Shown here: piece by piece, positions 51,509 to 60,423 of the stretch
How positions within the stretch are numbered: the first letter of the stretch is position 1
How the letters are laid out: every line of letters starts with the position of its first letter
Source: an uncultured Dehalococcoidales bacterium
GTDB taxonomy: Bacteria; Chloroflexota; Dehalococcoidia; Lucifugimonadales; Lucifugimonadaceae
Reading direction: 5' to 3'
DNA length: 64,000 nt
NCBI GenBank assembly: GCA_963934365.1
Contig: CAWVYJ010000001.1
Location: 377-64,376, forward strand
Program-made: the position numbers and the translations under genes
Notes under the pieces: model-generated
Told to the model about the DNA's origin: nothing
Databases searched by the model: none
What the model saw: only the letters and a program-made list of their open reading frames with translations

Positions 51509-52459
51509 ATGGCTAATTTTCTAGCGAGACGATTCCTATCTTCGTTGATCTCAGTGATCGGCGCGACGATGGCAATTTTCATCTTAATCCAGTTCCACAG
51601 CGACCCACGTGAGTTGTTTATTCCGGACTCCGGATATGGCATTACTCAAGAGCAGTGGGAAAATCTTGGTGAACGAATGGGATTGAACGACCCGCTTTGG
51701 AAGCAGTACGTCAATTGGATGGGCAATACACTTCGGGGTGATCTTGGTGTATCTCTTGCTCGTGACAGAGCTGTTACTGAACTGATCGCAGGAAAGATTG
51801 GAGCGACTATTCAGCTAGCTGTTGGTGGTTGGATATTTGCGATAGCGTTAGGTATTCCGATGGGGGTGTTAGCTGCAGTAAAGCGCGGTACCTTCTGGGA
51901 CTATTTCGGAAGAATGGTTGCTATTGTCGGTCAGGCGGCCCCGCCATTCGTGACAGCACTAGTTGCTATCTGGATTTTCGCTGTATGGCTAGACTGGTTG
52001 CCGGCCGGAGGACGCTCGCCTGAATTCAACTGGAAGGAATATCTTCTGCCATGTATGGCTCTTGGTTGGGGTGCTGCTGCTAGCCTCATGCGTCTTACCC
52101 GATCTTCGATGCTGGAGGTTATGGACGCTGAGTACATCCGTCTTGCTCGTGCAAAGGGTGTCGGCTGGAACTGGGTTATCTACAAGCATGCTCTTCGTAA
52201 TGCTTTGATTGCCCCGGTAACTTCGGCTCTATTAGTGTTCTCGGGCTGGTTGAACGGTGCGTTGGTTGTCGAGATCGTATTCTCATGGCCTGGCATCGGT
52301 TATGACGCTTTGTACCGTGCGGTGAATGACAACGACTTCCCGTTGTTGCTTGGAACCGTGTTCGTATTCATTCTGATCTATTTGGTATTTGCAACTCTCG
52401 CCGATATTGCATACACACTTATTGACCCCCGAGTACGTCTCGGCAACTCTGCGGACTAA
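51509..52459 (+). CDS. ABC transporter permease (DppB/OppB-like)
   Basis: GLNDP...QY..W, GDLG.S, EYIRLARAKG (EAA loop), HALRNA, VEIVFSWPGIG and IDPR. Confidence 0.93.
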   Translation: MANFLARRFLSSLISVIGATMAIFILIQFHSDPRELFIPDSGYGITQEQWENLGERMGLNDPLWKQYVNWMGNTLRGDLGVSLARDRAVTELIAGKIGATIQLAVGGWIFAIALGIPMGVLAAVKRGTFWDYFGRMVAIVGQAAPPFVTALVAIWIFAVWLDWLPAGGRSPEFNWKEYLLPCMALGWGAAASLMRLTRSSMLEVMDAEYIRLARAKGVGWNWVIYKHALRNALIAPVTSALLVFSGWLNGALVVEIVFSWPGIGYDALYRAVNDNDFPLLLGTVFVFILIYLVFATLADIAYTLIDPRVRLGNSAD

Positions 52460-52471
52460 CTAGGAGTACTC

Positions 52472-53455
52472 ATGGCAACATCTGAAACACAGGGCGAGGT
52501 TCAGCACGTCGATTCGGCGACGCTGGATGCTCCGCTCAATCCGGTAAAGATTGATAGGTCGTTTGTTGGTCAGCTCTGGCACGTATTGCGTAAATACCCG
52601 GTTTTACCGGTGTTTGTGCTGTCTCTTCTTGTTCTTGCAGCCGTGATTGGTCCGGTAATCGCTCCGTACGAGCGTGATATTGGGCCGATCGGCGACCGCC
52701 ACTTAGGTATGTTCAAGACTTCTGAGCTGCCGCCTGAAAAGCGTGATGCACCGAAGTACAGTGCTTGGCCAGATGGCTTCCACTTGTTCGGATCCGACCA
52801 TATTGGTCGAGACGTGTTTACCCGTGTTCTTCACGGTGCTCGTATATCGATGCAGGTGGTATTGGTTTCGCTGGTGCTAGGCATGTTCATCGGTGTGGCA
52901 CTCGGTTTGATTTCCGGCTACTACGGTGGCCTGATCGACGAGGTGATCACCAGAATTGTTGATATTTGGTATGCGATGCCATTCTTGATGGTCGCACTAA
53001 TCGTGGTGTTGATTTTCGGGCGTGGCTTAACTGTGCTCCTTTTCGTGCTGGCTCTTGTCGCGTGGTCAGGTTTCGTAAGGGTTATTCGTGCTCAGGTATT
53101 GGTGCTGAAACAGATGGATTATGTTGCGGCTGCCCGTGTAAACGGTGCATCTGATGTACGAATCCTAATGAAGCATTTGCTGCCTGGAATTCTTAACACT
53201 GCCATTGTTGTTGGAACATTGAACACTTCGAGTTTGATCCTTTCAGAATCGGTGCTCAGTTTCGTTGGTGCTGGTATTCAGCCGCCAACTCCTGCATGGG
53301 GTGTTATGACTAACGAAGGTCGAGACTATCTCTCGATTGCCGCTCATCAGGTATTAGTGCCTTCTGCAGCGATCTTCTTGGTTGTCATCTCATTAAACTT
53401 CTTGGGTGACTGGTTGCGAGACCGTTTGGACCCACGACTGCGACAGATCGACTAG
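52472..53455 (+). CDS. ABC transporter permease (DppC/OppC-like)
   Basis: H.FGSD..GRDVF.R...GAR.S, DYVAAAR..GAS, PP.PAWG and GDWLRDRLDPR. Confidence 0.93.
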   Translation: MATSETQGEVQHVDSATLDAPLNPVKIDRSFVGQLWHVLRKYPVLPVFVLSLLVLAAVIGPVIAPYERDIGPIGDRHLGMFKTSELPPEKRDAPKYSAWPDGFHLFGSDHIGRDVFTRVLHGARISMQVVLVSLVLGMFIGVALGLISGYYGGLIDEVITRIVDIWYAMPFLMVALIVVLIFGRGLTVLLFVLALVAWSGFVRVIRAQVLVLKQMDYVAAARVNGASDVRILMKHLLPGILNTAIVVGTLNTSSLILSESVLSFVGAGIQPPTPAWGVMTNEGRDYLSIAAHQVLVPSAAIFLVVISLNFLGDWLRDRLDPRLRQID

Positions 53456-53479
53456 GTTCTCCTAGTAATAATCGAATTC

Positions 53480-53517
53480 AAAAACGCCCTCGGCAGCAAA
53501 GCCGAGGGCGTTTTTTT
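53480..53517. terminator. Bidirectional intrinsic terminator
   Basis: AAAAACGCCCTCGGC-agcaaa-GCCGAGGGCGTTTTTTT. Confidence 0.88.
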
Positions 53518-53971
53518 ATTGTCTGAGCTTTTGATGGGGATCCACCATATATAACCATCTGAACACTGGATAAACAAACGGGAGTGAGAGGCTCGTTTTC
53601 GTCGAAAGTAATATCTGTCCCTTTTGGCTGACAGTATCAGCTTGTCCAGAGATTTTCGTGTCACAGATATGGTTCTGGGTGATGATTCAAGTCGATATAG
53701 TGGTTGTGAAGTCGTTCAAAGACCCTTGCTCACTAGTTCACCAATATACGCCTGACGGACGCTGTGTCGACGATGCATAGGTTAGTCCTGCTACGCGAGA
53801 TGCCGTTAATGCTTCGTCAATCTGACAGAGACTAACGTTGAATGTTATGTGGGCTCCGTAGTTCAATAACCTCAGAAACATGTGCCGATGTCCATACCCA
53901 CATCTCTCAGACGCGACAAAACAGCTCGTTATGAGCGGCCTTGTAAACAGATTCGTTGAAGCTGAGTTGTT

Positions 53972-54628
53972 CTACTCGGCGACAACACAGACAGCGCCAA
54001 TGGCGGTGTTATCGAACGTAGATGTGTAGGTGAAACAGCCTTCAACTGTGAACGTGTGGTCGAAGCTAGGATTTTCCTTATCAAACGTTCCTTTGTTCAT
54101 GGCGCCAGAGTCCCATTCTTCAGCCTGGCCTGGGTCAGATGTTGAACTGCTTGCTGATCTTCGATCATGACCCCAACTGACGGTTGAGCCAACAGCGATT
54201 TTGATGACGGCAGGATCAAACAAAACGCCTTCAGCACCTCGTGCTGGGATTTCGACTTCGATCACACCGGTTAGGGCAGGGCCTTCGGGAACTTCTACAT
54301 CGAATGCAGCACCCTGGGCGCGTTCGCTAGAACCAACACCCTCGGCGACGACGCCTGATTCGGCTAGTGCGGTAGCAGTTGCATTTCGTTCTTTGTTAGC
54401 TAATGCTGCAGCACTATCTGAATCGATTGCAACCTGCATCTGAGCATCAGGGTCACCACCGGCATCGATAACTGCCTGGCGGGTTGCCTGAGCGTTATCA
54501 AGCTTGTTCTGCGCCTTCGTAGTCTCAACGATTTGCACAGTTGTTGGTCTGTCCGAACAAGCCGCCATAATGGTTGTTAGGATCAAGGCTCCAGCAAGAA
54601 CCAGGATCACACGATTTCGTATCGACAT
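53972..54628 (-). CDS. Cupredoxin (plastocyanin/azurin-like) fold lipoprotein lacking type-1 copper ligands
   Basis: Lipobox MAAC, FDP..I.I.VG.TV.W, WDSG and F.HTF...G.F.Y; RBS AGGGG. Confidence 0.7.
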   Translation of the reverse strand: MSIRNRVILVLAGALILTTIMAACSDRPTTVQIVETTKAQNKLDNAQATRQAVIDAGGDPDAQMQVAIDSDSAAALANKERNATATALAESGVVAEGVGSSERAQGAAFDVEVPEGPALTGVIEVEIPARGAEGVLFDPAVIKIAVGSTVSWGHDRRSASSSTSDPGQAEEWDSGAMNKGTFDKENPSFDHTFTVEGCFTYTSTFDNTAIGAVCVVAE

Positions 54629-54824
54629 ATATGTCCCCTAATTACAAAGCGTTTAATACACGGAGGGCAAGGGTTTTTCAGTTCAACATCTGATGAAAGA
54701 TTCCTCAGATGTTGAACCATTAAGTTCAATGTTTTCGAAGGATAACATGCGGTATCGGGTAGTCGGGTACAGGTTTCTTAGATTATGAGGATTTACCAGA
54801 TATTTAATAGGTATCAAAGCCGGT

Positions 54825-56198
54825 TTATTGAGCTTTTCGGCGAAGCCTCAGAACTATCATTCCCGATACCAATGCGATGCCGGCGGCGGTGAAGTAGGCG
54901 AACTGATATGCCTCGGCAAATGTAGCGTTCTGTGAGCTTTGTCGCCAGTTCAAAAGCGACGTCATCAGAGCGATAGACATAACAGTGCCGATTGTTTGCG
55001 ATACGGTAAGCGCTGCCGATGTAGAACCGGCGTATTCGCTTGGTGTTCCTCGTAAAGTTAGTGCGTAAACAGCAGCCTGGTGTATTCCGAAACCCAATCC
55101 AAGTATTGCAGTCGAAATCACGACCCTGCTCATCTCTGGATTGTCCCCAGCCGTGCCTACGAACACTAATCCGATTGCAGTTAAAATGGTCCCAATAAAG
55201 ATGATTGGCCTATCACCAGCACGGTCTGCGAGCCATCCGGCGATTCCTGATCCAAGAAAATTCATACCTGCCATTAGAGCCAATAGCGCACCGAGCGTTA
55301 GCCCGCTTCTTCCCATCACATCGGCGACATAGAACGGAAATAGGAACCACATTACGAACGAGGCGATAGTCAAGAGCAAGTTTGAAAGCGTACCCGACTT
55401 GAATCCTGAGAATGTTGTGAGACCAGTAGGAAAGATTGTAAATCGTCCGCTTTTTTTACCTTTGGCGAACATCAAACCAAGTACGAATGTGAGAGCGAAC
55501 AGCACCAAAGGTAATGGTGATAACCAGCCTTCAACTCGGGCGAACGACATGGCGAGTACGAATGTGAATAGTGCAGCGAAAACTGTTACAGATCCTGGTA
55601 AGTCGAACCGGTGATTTGTACGCCCGGGAATTGACTGAGCTAAATTTCCGTTGAGAGCGATCACTGCTGCTAACAGCAGCGCTATGCCGATAGGAATACG
55701 CGCCCAAAAAATTGCTGGCCAGCCGATTTCCTGTCCCAGTAAACCTCCACCGAGCGTGCTTGCAAACGTACCAAGCCCCATCGCCCCTAGTGTTACACCA
55801 AGTGCAGCTCCACGTCGGCTGGGCCCAAATGCCCGAGCGACGAGCGCGGGAGCGAGGGTGAATAAAATTGCTACGCCTATTCCCTGTGGTATACGCAGGG
55901 CGACGATGGGCGCAAGGGAATCCTGTAACGAGATTAGGCCTACGGCGGTCGTGTACAGCACGATACCCGAGACTAGCGGCCACTTTATCCCGAATCTATC
56001 GGCAATACCTCCGGCGACAAATCCGGTTCCGCTTCTAGCGCCGTGGTACATAATGATTATCAGCTGGACACTAATTATCGTCTCGCCAAGATCTGACCGA
56101 AATCTCGGCAGATTGACGTTGATAGAAAAATCTAATGCGCCAAGAAACAGGGCACCGCTTCCTATAGCTATAGCTAAGATCTGGGCGAATCGGGTCAC
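54825..56198 (-). CDS. MFS transporter, 14-TM DHA2 (EmrB/QacA-like)
   Basis: LD.SI.V.LP, G.IADRFG, R..QG.G, W..IFW..IPIG and FD..G. Confidence 0.88.
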   Translation of the reverse strand: MTRFAQILAIAIGSGALFLGALDFSINVNLPRFRSDLGETIISVQLIIIMYHGARSGTGFVAGGIADRFGIKWPLVSGIVLYTTAVGLISLQDSLAPIVALRIPQGIGVAILFTLAPALVARAFGPSRRGAALGVTLGAMGLGTFASTLGGGLLGQEIGWPAIFWARIPIGIALLLAAVIALNGNLAQSIPGRTNHRFDLPGSVTVFAALFTFVLAMSFARVEGWLSPLPLVLFALTFVLGLMFAKGKKSGRFTIFPTGLTTFSGFKSGTLSNLLLTIASFVMWFLFPFYVADVMGRSGLTLGALLALMAGMNFLGSGIAGWLADRAGDRPIIFIGTILTAIGLVFVGTAGDNPEMSRVVISTAILGLGFGIHQAAVYALTLRGTPSEYAGSTSAALTVSQTIGTVMSIALMTSLLNWRQSSQNATFAEAYQFAYFTAAGIALVSGMIVLRLRRKAQ

Positions 56199-56567
56199 AT
56201 GCTGGCTAGGCTGGATTTCCTGAGTCTGTAAGGTATCTGTCTCGTCGGGGTTTGTAATGATTAGTGACCGCCGCCAGACACTGATGCCAAAGCTGTTATT
56301 TCCATAGTGATGCTCGCAATACTTGCGGTATACGTTCTATCTTTGGCATTCATGAAGTTGATATTTATTATGAATTGCTTCTATCGTGAACCTAGTGCGG
56401 TAATTATCGCATTTATTCAGCCTGAGCCCTCCTATTTCAGCATTGGATTTCCGGCATGTGTAGATGTATTCGATTAGGTTGTATATTCTTCCGTAACTCA
56501 TCATCAGTGCTTGTTGTTGAAACTTTGTCGACAGCAACATGACCATAAGTTGAAAGCAAAGAAAAAA

Positions 56568-57548
56568 ATGGGACACAGTGTCATATATTACGGCGAGCAC
56601 GATGGTGCGCGAACGGTCAGAGCACTTGAGATTGCACCCAATGATCTCGACTGGGGAGTCGTTAGTCCTGATGCGTCCGAAGCTGAACGTGCCGAGGCTC
56701 TCGCTGATGCCGTAGCCGTGATTACGAACGGACTGTCGATAACAACAGATATGTTGTCAAAAATGCCGAAAATGAAGCTGCTTCAGGTGATGAGTGCAGG
56801 ATTCGACAGTCTTGATGTTCCTGCCATTCGAGAGATGGGTATCGAAGTTTGCAACAACTCCCCAGCGATTGCTCGTTCGGTTGCCGAACACACAATCGGC
56901 ATGATGATGATGGTTTACAAACGACTTCCTCAAGGTGTCGAGGGCGTGAAGGCTGGCACTTGGCAGAAGCCAGCGAAATCGGGAGAATTTGGCAAGGTTT
57001 ACGAAGTATCTGGTCGCACGGTAGGAATTATTGGGCTTGGCAACATCGGAACTTGGGTCGCTAAGATGCTCAAGGGATTCGAAACGACAACCCTTTACTC
57101 AGACGTACGAGAATTTACGTCTGAAAAAGAGCAAGAGTTGAACGTTACTCGTGTTTCCATGGACGAACTGCTCGATCGGTCGGACATCGTTACGGTTCAC
57201 GTTCCTTTGTCATCATCGACCACTGGCTTGATAGGACGCAGAGAGTTCGCCGCTATGAAATCAGACGCAATATTTATCAACACGTGCCGTGGTCCGGTAC
57301 AAAACGAGACCGAATTAATAGACGCTTTGAACGCAGGCGAAATCATGGGAGCAGGGTTGGATGTAACCGAAATCGAGCCGACTCCGATGGATAGTCCGCT
57401 GATGAACATGGACAACGTGGTGCTGACTCCTCATTTGGCTGGATCTTCTCAGGAGAGGGTGGATCGGGCGCTAGAGTTTTCATTTGAAAACGCCCGGCGC
57501 GCTATGAACGGCCAAGAGCTAGAAAATCCGGTGCAAGTGCTTGATTAG
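56568..57548 (+). CDS. D-isomer-specific 2-hydroxyacid dehydrogenase
   Basis: SAGFD, VAEH, GIIGLGNIG, HVPL, INTCRG, LDV...EP and LTPHLAG. Start placed at ATG 56568. Confidence 0.92.
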   Translation: MGHSVIYYGEHDGARTVRALEIAPNDLDWGVVSPDASEAERAEALADAVAVITNGLSITTDMLSKMPKMKLLQVMSAGFDSLDVPAIREMGIEVCNNSPAIARSVAEHTIGMMMMVYKRLPQGVEGVKAGTWQKPAKSGEFGKVYEVSGRTVGIIGLGNIGTWVAKMLKGFETTTLYSDVREFTSEKEQELNVTRVSMDELLDRSDIVTVHVPLSSSTTGLIGRREFAAMKSDAIFINTCRGPVQNETELIDALNAGEIMGAGLDVTEIEPTPMDSPLMNMDNVVLTPHLAGSSQERVDRALEFSFENARRAMNGQELENPVQVLD

Positions 57549-58323
57549 TATTCCACAGCGATACGCTTCAACTGCGTTCGAGATGCCATCAGGATTGTTG
57601 ATCGATCTCGACGGCACGGTACTGCCCGAGAATAATCGACCAACTAAGCGGGTTATCGATGCTATTGCAGAGGCATCACGATTGATTCCTGTCGCCATTG
57701 CGTCTGGTCGGGTGCAGGACGATGTCTGTCACTTCGCAAGATTATTCGGACTAACCGTCCCTCAGATATCGGACAACGGGGCGACATTGATCGATCCTGT
57801 TACCGGGCGAGCACTGAAACGGTACATTCTTGATCGTGAAACGGCAGAACTGGTCGTGTCTGACTTGAAAAAATCTTCCTATAGGGTTTTAGCGTGTGAC
57901 GCAGGACGTTTTGTAGAAGATCCTGACCAAATCGAAGATTGGAAGATCACGATCGTAATGGCGAAGTTCGATTCGGAAGCCGAAGCACGAGGGTGGATCG
58001 AACGATTCCCGGCCGACAAAGTTAGTTCCTATGCAACAGTCGATAATCTGGGTCACTGGTACGTGGATTGCACACCGTTAGGAGTGAACAAGGGTACTGG
58101 CGCTCGGAATTTCGCCAAGGAAGTCGGAGTCGATGTATCCAAGCTGATGGTGATCGGAGATGGCTGGAACGATATGCCAATGTTCGATGTCGCTGGCACT
58201 CGAATAGCGATGGAAGGCGCACCGCAAGAGATGTTGGAAATGGCAACTGAAGTTGTGCCGGGGATCGACCATGATGGTGCAGTTTTGGCTATCGAAAAGT
58301 ACGTGCTGAACCTAAGCGAATAA
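57541..58323 (+). CDS. Cof-type HAD-IIB family hydrolase
   Basis: DLDGT, ASGR, NGA, NKG and IGDGWNDMPMF. Confidence 0.9.
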   Translation: MISIPQRYASTAFEMPSGLLIDLDGTVLPENNRPTKRVIDAIAEASRLIPVAIASGRVQDDVCHFARLFGLTVPQISDNGATLIDPVTGRALKRYILDRETAELVVSDLKKSSYRVLACDAGRFVEDPDQIEDWKITIVMAKFDSEAEARGWIERFPADKVSSYATVDNLGHWYVDCTPLGVNKGTGARNFAKEVGVDVSKLMVIGDGWNDMPMFDVAGTRIAMEGAPQEMLEMATEVVPGIDHDGAVLAIEKYVLNLSE

Positions 58324-58335
58324 TTCCGGTAGTGG

Positions 58336-60264
58336 CTACGTAAGTTCAAGATCTTCGTCAGATTGAAGCGCTATTTCGTCGAGCTCATCGATCTCGTCAA
58401 GAATGTTGTCGTCGTCAACGAACTCGGGGCTCTTGTCAGTATCTCCAGATTGGCGGAATGCTCGAACACCAGCAGCAAGCCCGACCTGCCACGCCTTCAT
58501 TTCGCGTCGTAGTGCTGTTCGGTATCGATTGCCGTACTCGCCGACTTTTCGGAACTTTTTCTGGCGACGTCGTACGAGAGTTTTAGTGTTTTTGCTGGTT
58601 AACGCCGACATCTCACGCATCAGCGATCTCTTTAGGAGGCGAGCGGCCTCGTCTGGCGATCCGTGGGCCCCAAGCTCCGGTTCAGGAACGATCTCGTCAA
58701 CGATATCCATGTCAATAGAGTCGACTGATGTCAACTTCAACGCACGCGCTATATCCGATGCTTTGGTTGAATCGCTCATTTCTGACTGTGCACCACGTTC
58801 AGGATCTATCGTTGTATAAATGGCGTTTTCTAGCATAAGCACACGGTCTGCCAGACCGAATGCTAGGGCTGCTTCTGAGCCGCCTTCGCCAATGAGAATC
58901 GAAAGGGTTGGAGTTTTCACTCGACCCATCTGGTCGATCATTCTGGCGATAGCACTGGCTAGACCACGCTGCTCCATGTCGATGCCGAGCTTTGGACCCG
59001 GCGAGTCGACGATCGTAACGACCGGAATCTTAAACGTTTCAGCAAGAATCACTCCACGTCGAGCTTTTCGGAATCCACCGGGAGTGATATCTCCTAATCG
59101 AGGAGCAGTATTTTCATTATCACTAGTTTCCGTGATTCTCGATTTTTGCTGGGCGATTATCATCACGCTTTGTCCGCCCAATCTGGCGAGACCAATAATT
59201 ACCGAATTATCGTCGGTGTATACCCGATCGCCGTGAAGTTCGAAGAAATTGGCAAACACATTGTCGATGTAAAACTTAGCTCGAGGTCTATCGGGGTGGC
59301 GCGCTAGCTTTACCATCTCCCATGCTTCACGCGGTCGGACTGGGACAGACTCAAGGGTGATTCGACGTGATGAAGTCAACTTGAATTCGGGTGAAATGAG
59401 ATCGAGAACCGAAGCTAGTTCGTGCTTCAGGTGATCGCGCCCGATGATTGCATCGACGTGCCCACGCTCTAAATACGCTTCTGCGGTGTGTTCGGTGTAG
59501 GCACGTTTTCCTTCGATTTCACGAAGATCGCCGAGCGGTGAAAACCCAATGTGAGATCCGGGTTCGGCAAAGATAATGTCGCCCATTGAGGCAAAACTAC
59601 CAAGCACCTGGCCTGTAGAAGGGTTACTAAGCGAAACTATGAACGCTTGCCCTTTGTCTCGAAGTGCTCTCGCTGCGAGAGTCGTTTTTGCCATCTGCAT
59701 GAGCGACAACACGCCCTCTTGAATCCGTGCGCCACCGGATGTGACCAATGCTACGCAAGGCAACTTTTTTCGTGCGGCAAGTTCGAGTGCGAGTGTGACT
59801 TTTTCGCCAACAACCACGCCCATTGATCCGCCTAAGAAGCTGGAATCGAGCACGATTATTACGACTGGCGTGCCACCGATCAAGCATGTGCCGGTTACGG
59901 CAGCTTCGGATAGTCCGGTGCGGCTCTGATCTTGGAGTAACCGGACACGGTATGAAATTCGTGGTGAGAATTCGAGTGGGTCTAGCGACTGAATCCACTT
60001 ACTAGTCTCTTTAAAGCTGCCTTCATCGGCTATGGCGGCGATTCGGCGTCGAGCTGAAATCGTGTAGTGATAGCCGCAAGTAGGGCAAACTCTGAGTCGG
60101 CGGTACTTGGTCGATTCGGAAATATTTACCCCACACGACAGGCAGGTTTTACGAGGTTGATCGAGATCGAGAGAGTCGAGTTCTTCCGACAGCATCGCAA
60201 TGGCATCTTTGTCCAGCGGCTGATTATCTTCTGGCGGAAATAGTGGAGTTACGTTATCTGGCAC
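58336..60264 (-). CDS. accDA: Fused acetyl-CoA carboxylase carboxyltransferase beta-alpha (AccD-AccA)
   Basis: C4 zinc finger, GGSMG.VVGEK and SGGARIQEG (AccD), then ARHPDRP, ELHGDR, GFRKA and IGEGGS (AccA). Confidence 0.88.
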   Translation of the reverse strand: MPDNVTPLFPPEDNQPLDKDAIAMLSEELDSLDLDQPRKTCLSCGVNISESTKYRRLRVCPTCGYHYTISARRRIAAIADEGSFKETSKWIQSLDPLEFSPRISYRVRLLQDQSRTGLSEAAVTGTCLIGGTPVVIIVLDSSFLGGSMGVVVGEKVTLALELAARKKLPCVALVTSGGARIQEGVLSLMQMAKTTLAARALRDKGQAFIVSLSNPSTGQVLGSFASMGDIIFAEPGSHIGFSPLGDLREIEGKRAYTEHTAEAYLERGHVDAIIGRDHLKHELASVLDLISPEFKLTSSRRITLESVPVRPREAWEMVKLARHPDRPRAKFYIDNVFANFFELHGDRVYTDDNSVIIGLARLGGQSVMIIAQQKSRITETSDNENTAPRLGDITPGGFRKARRGVILAETFKIPVVTIVDSPGPKLGIDMEQRGLASAIARMIDQMGRVKTPTLSILIGEGGSEAALAFGLADRVLMLENAIYTTIDPERGAQSEMSDSTKASDIARALKLTSVDSIDMDIVDEIVPEPELGAHGSPDEAARLLKRSLMREMSALTSKNTKTLVRRRQKKFRKVGEYGNRYRTALRREMKAWQVGLAAGVRAFRQSGDTDKSPEFVDDDNILDEIDELDEIALQSDEDLELT

Positions 60265-60423
60265 GGTAGTGCAGGTTGCTCCTCGAGCTGTCGATTCGAT
60301 ACAGCGTAGATCTAATCGTGCGTATTCATTCTAAGCTAGCGAGTCATAGAGAAACCGCAGAATGGCAACCCGCTAGCGGTTGCAGTATGCCTGAACCTAG
60401 GTTGTTGGTTAGTCAGTTGAACC

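Noticed and set aside
53520-53970. 450-bp gap that may be another gene relic
   Set aside because: The frames I translated contain multiple stops and no recognisable family motif.
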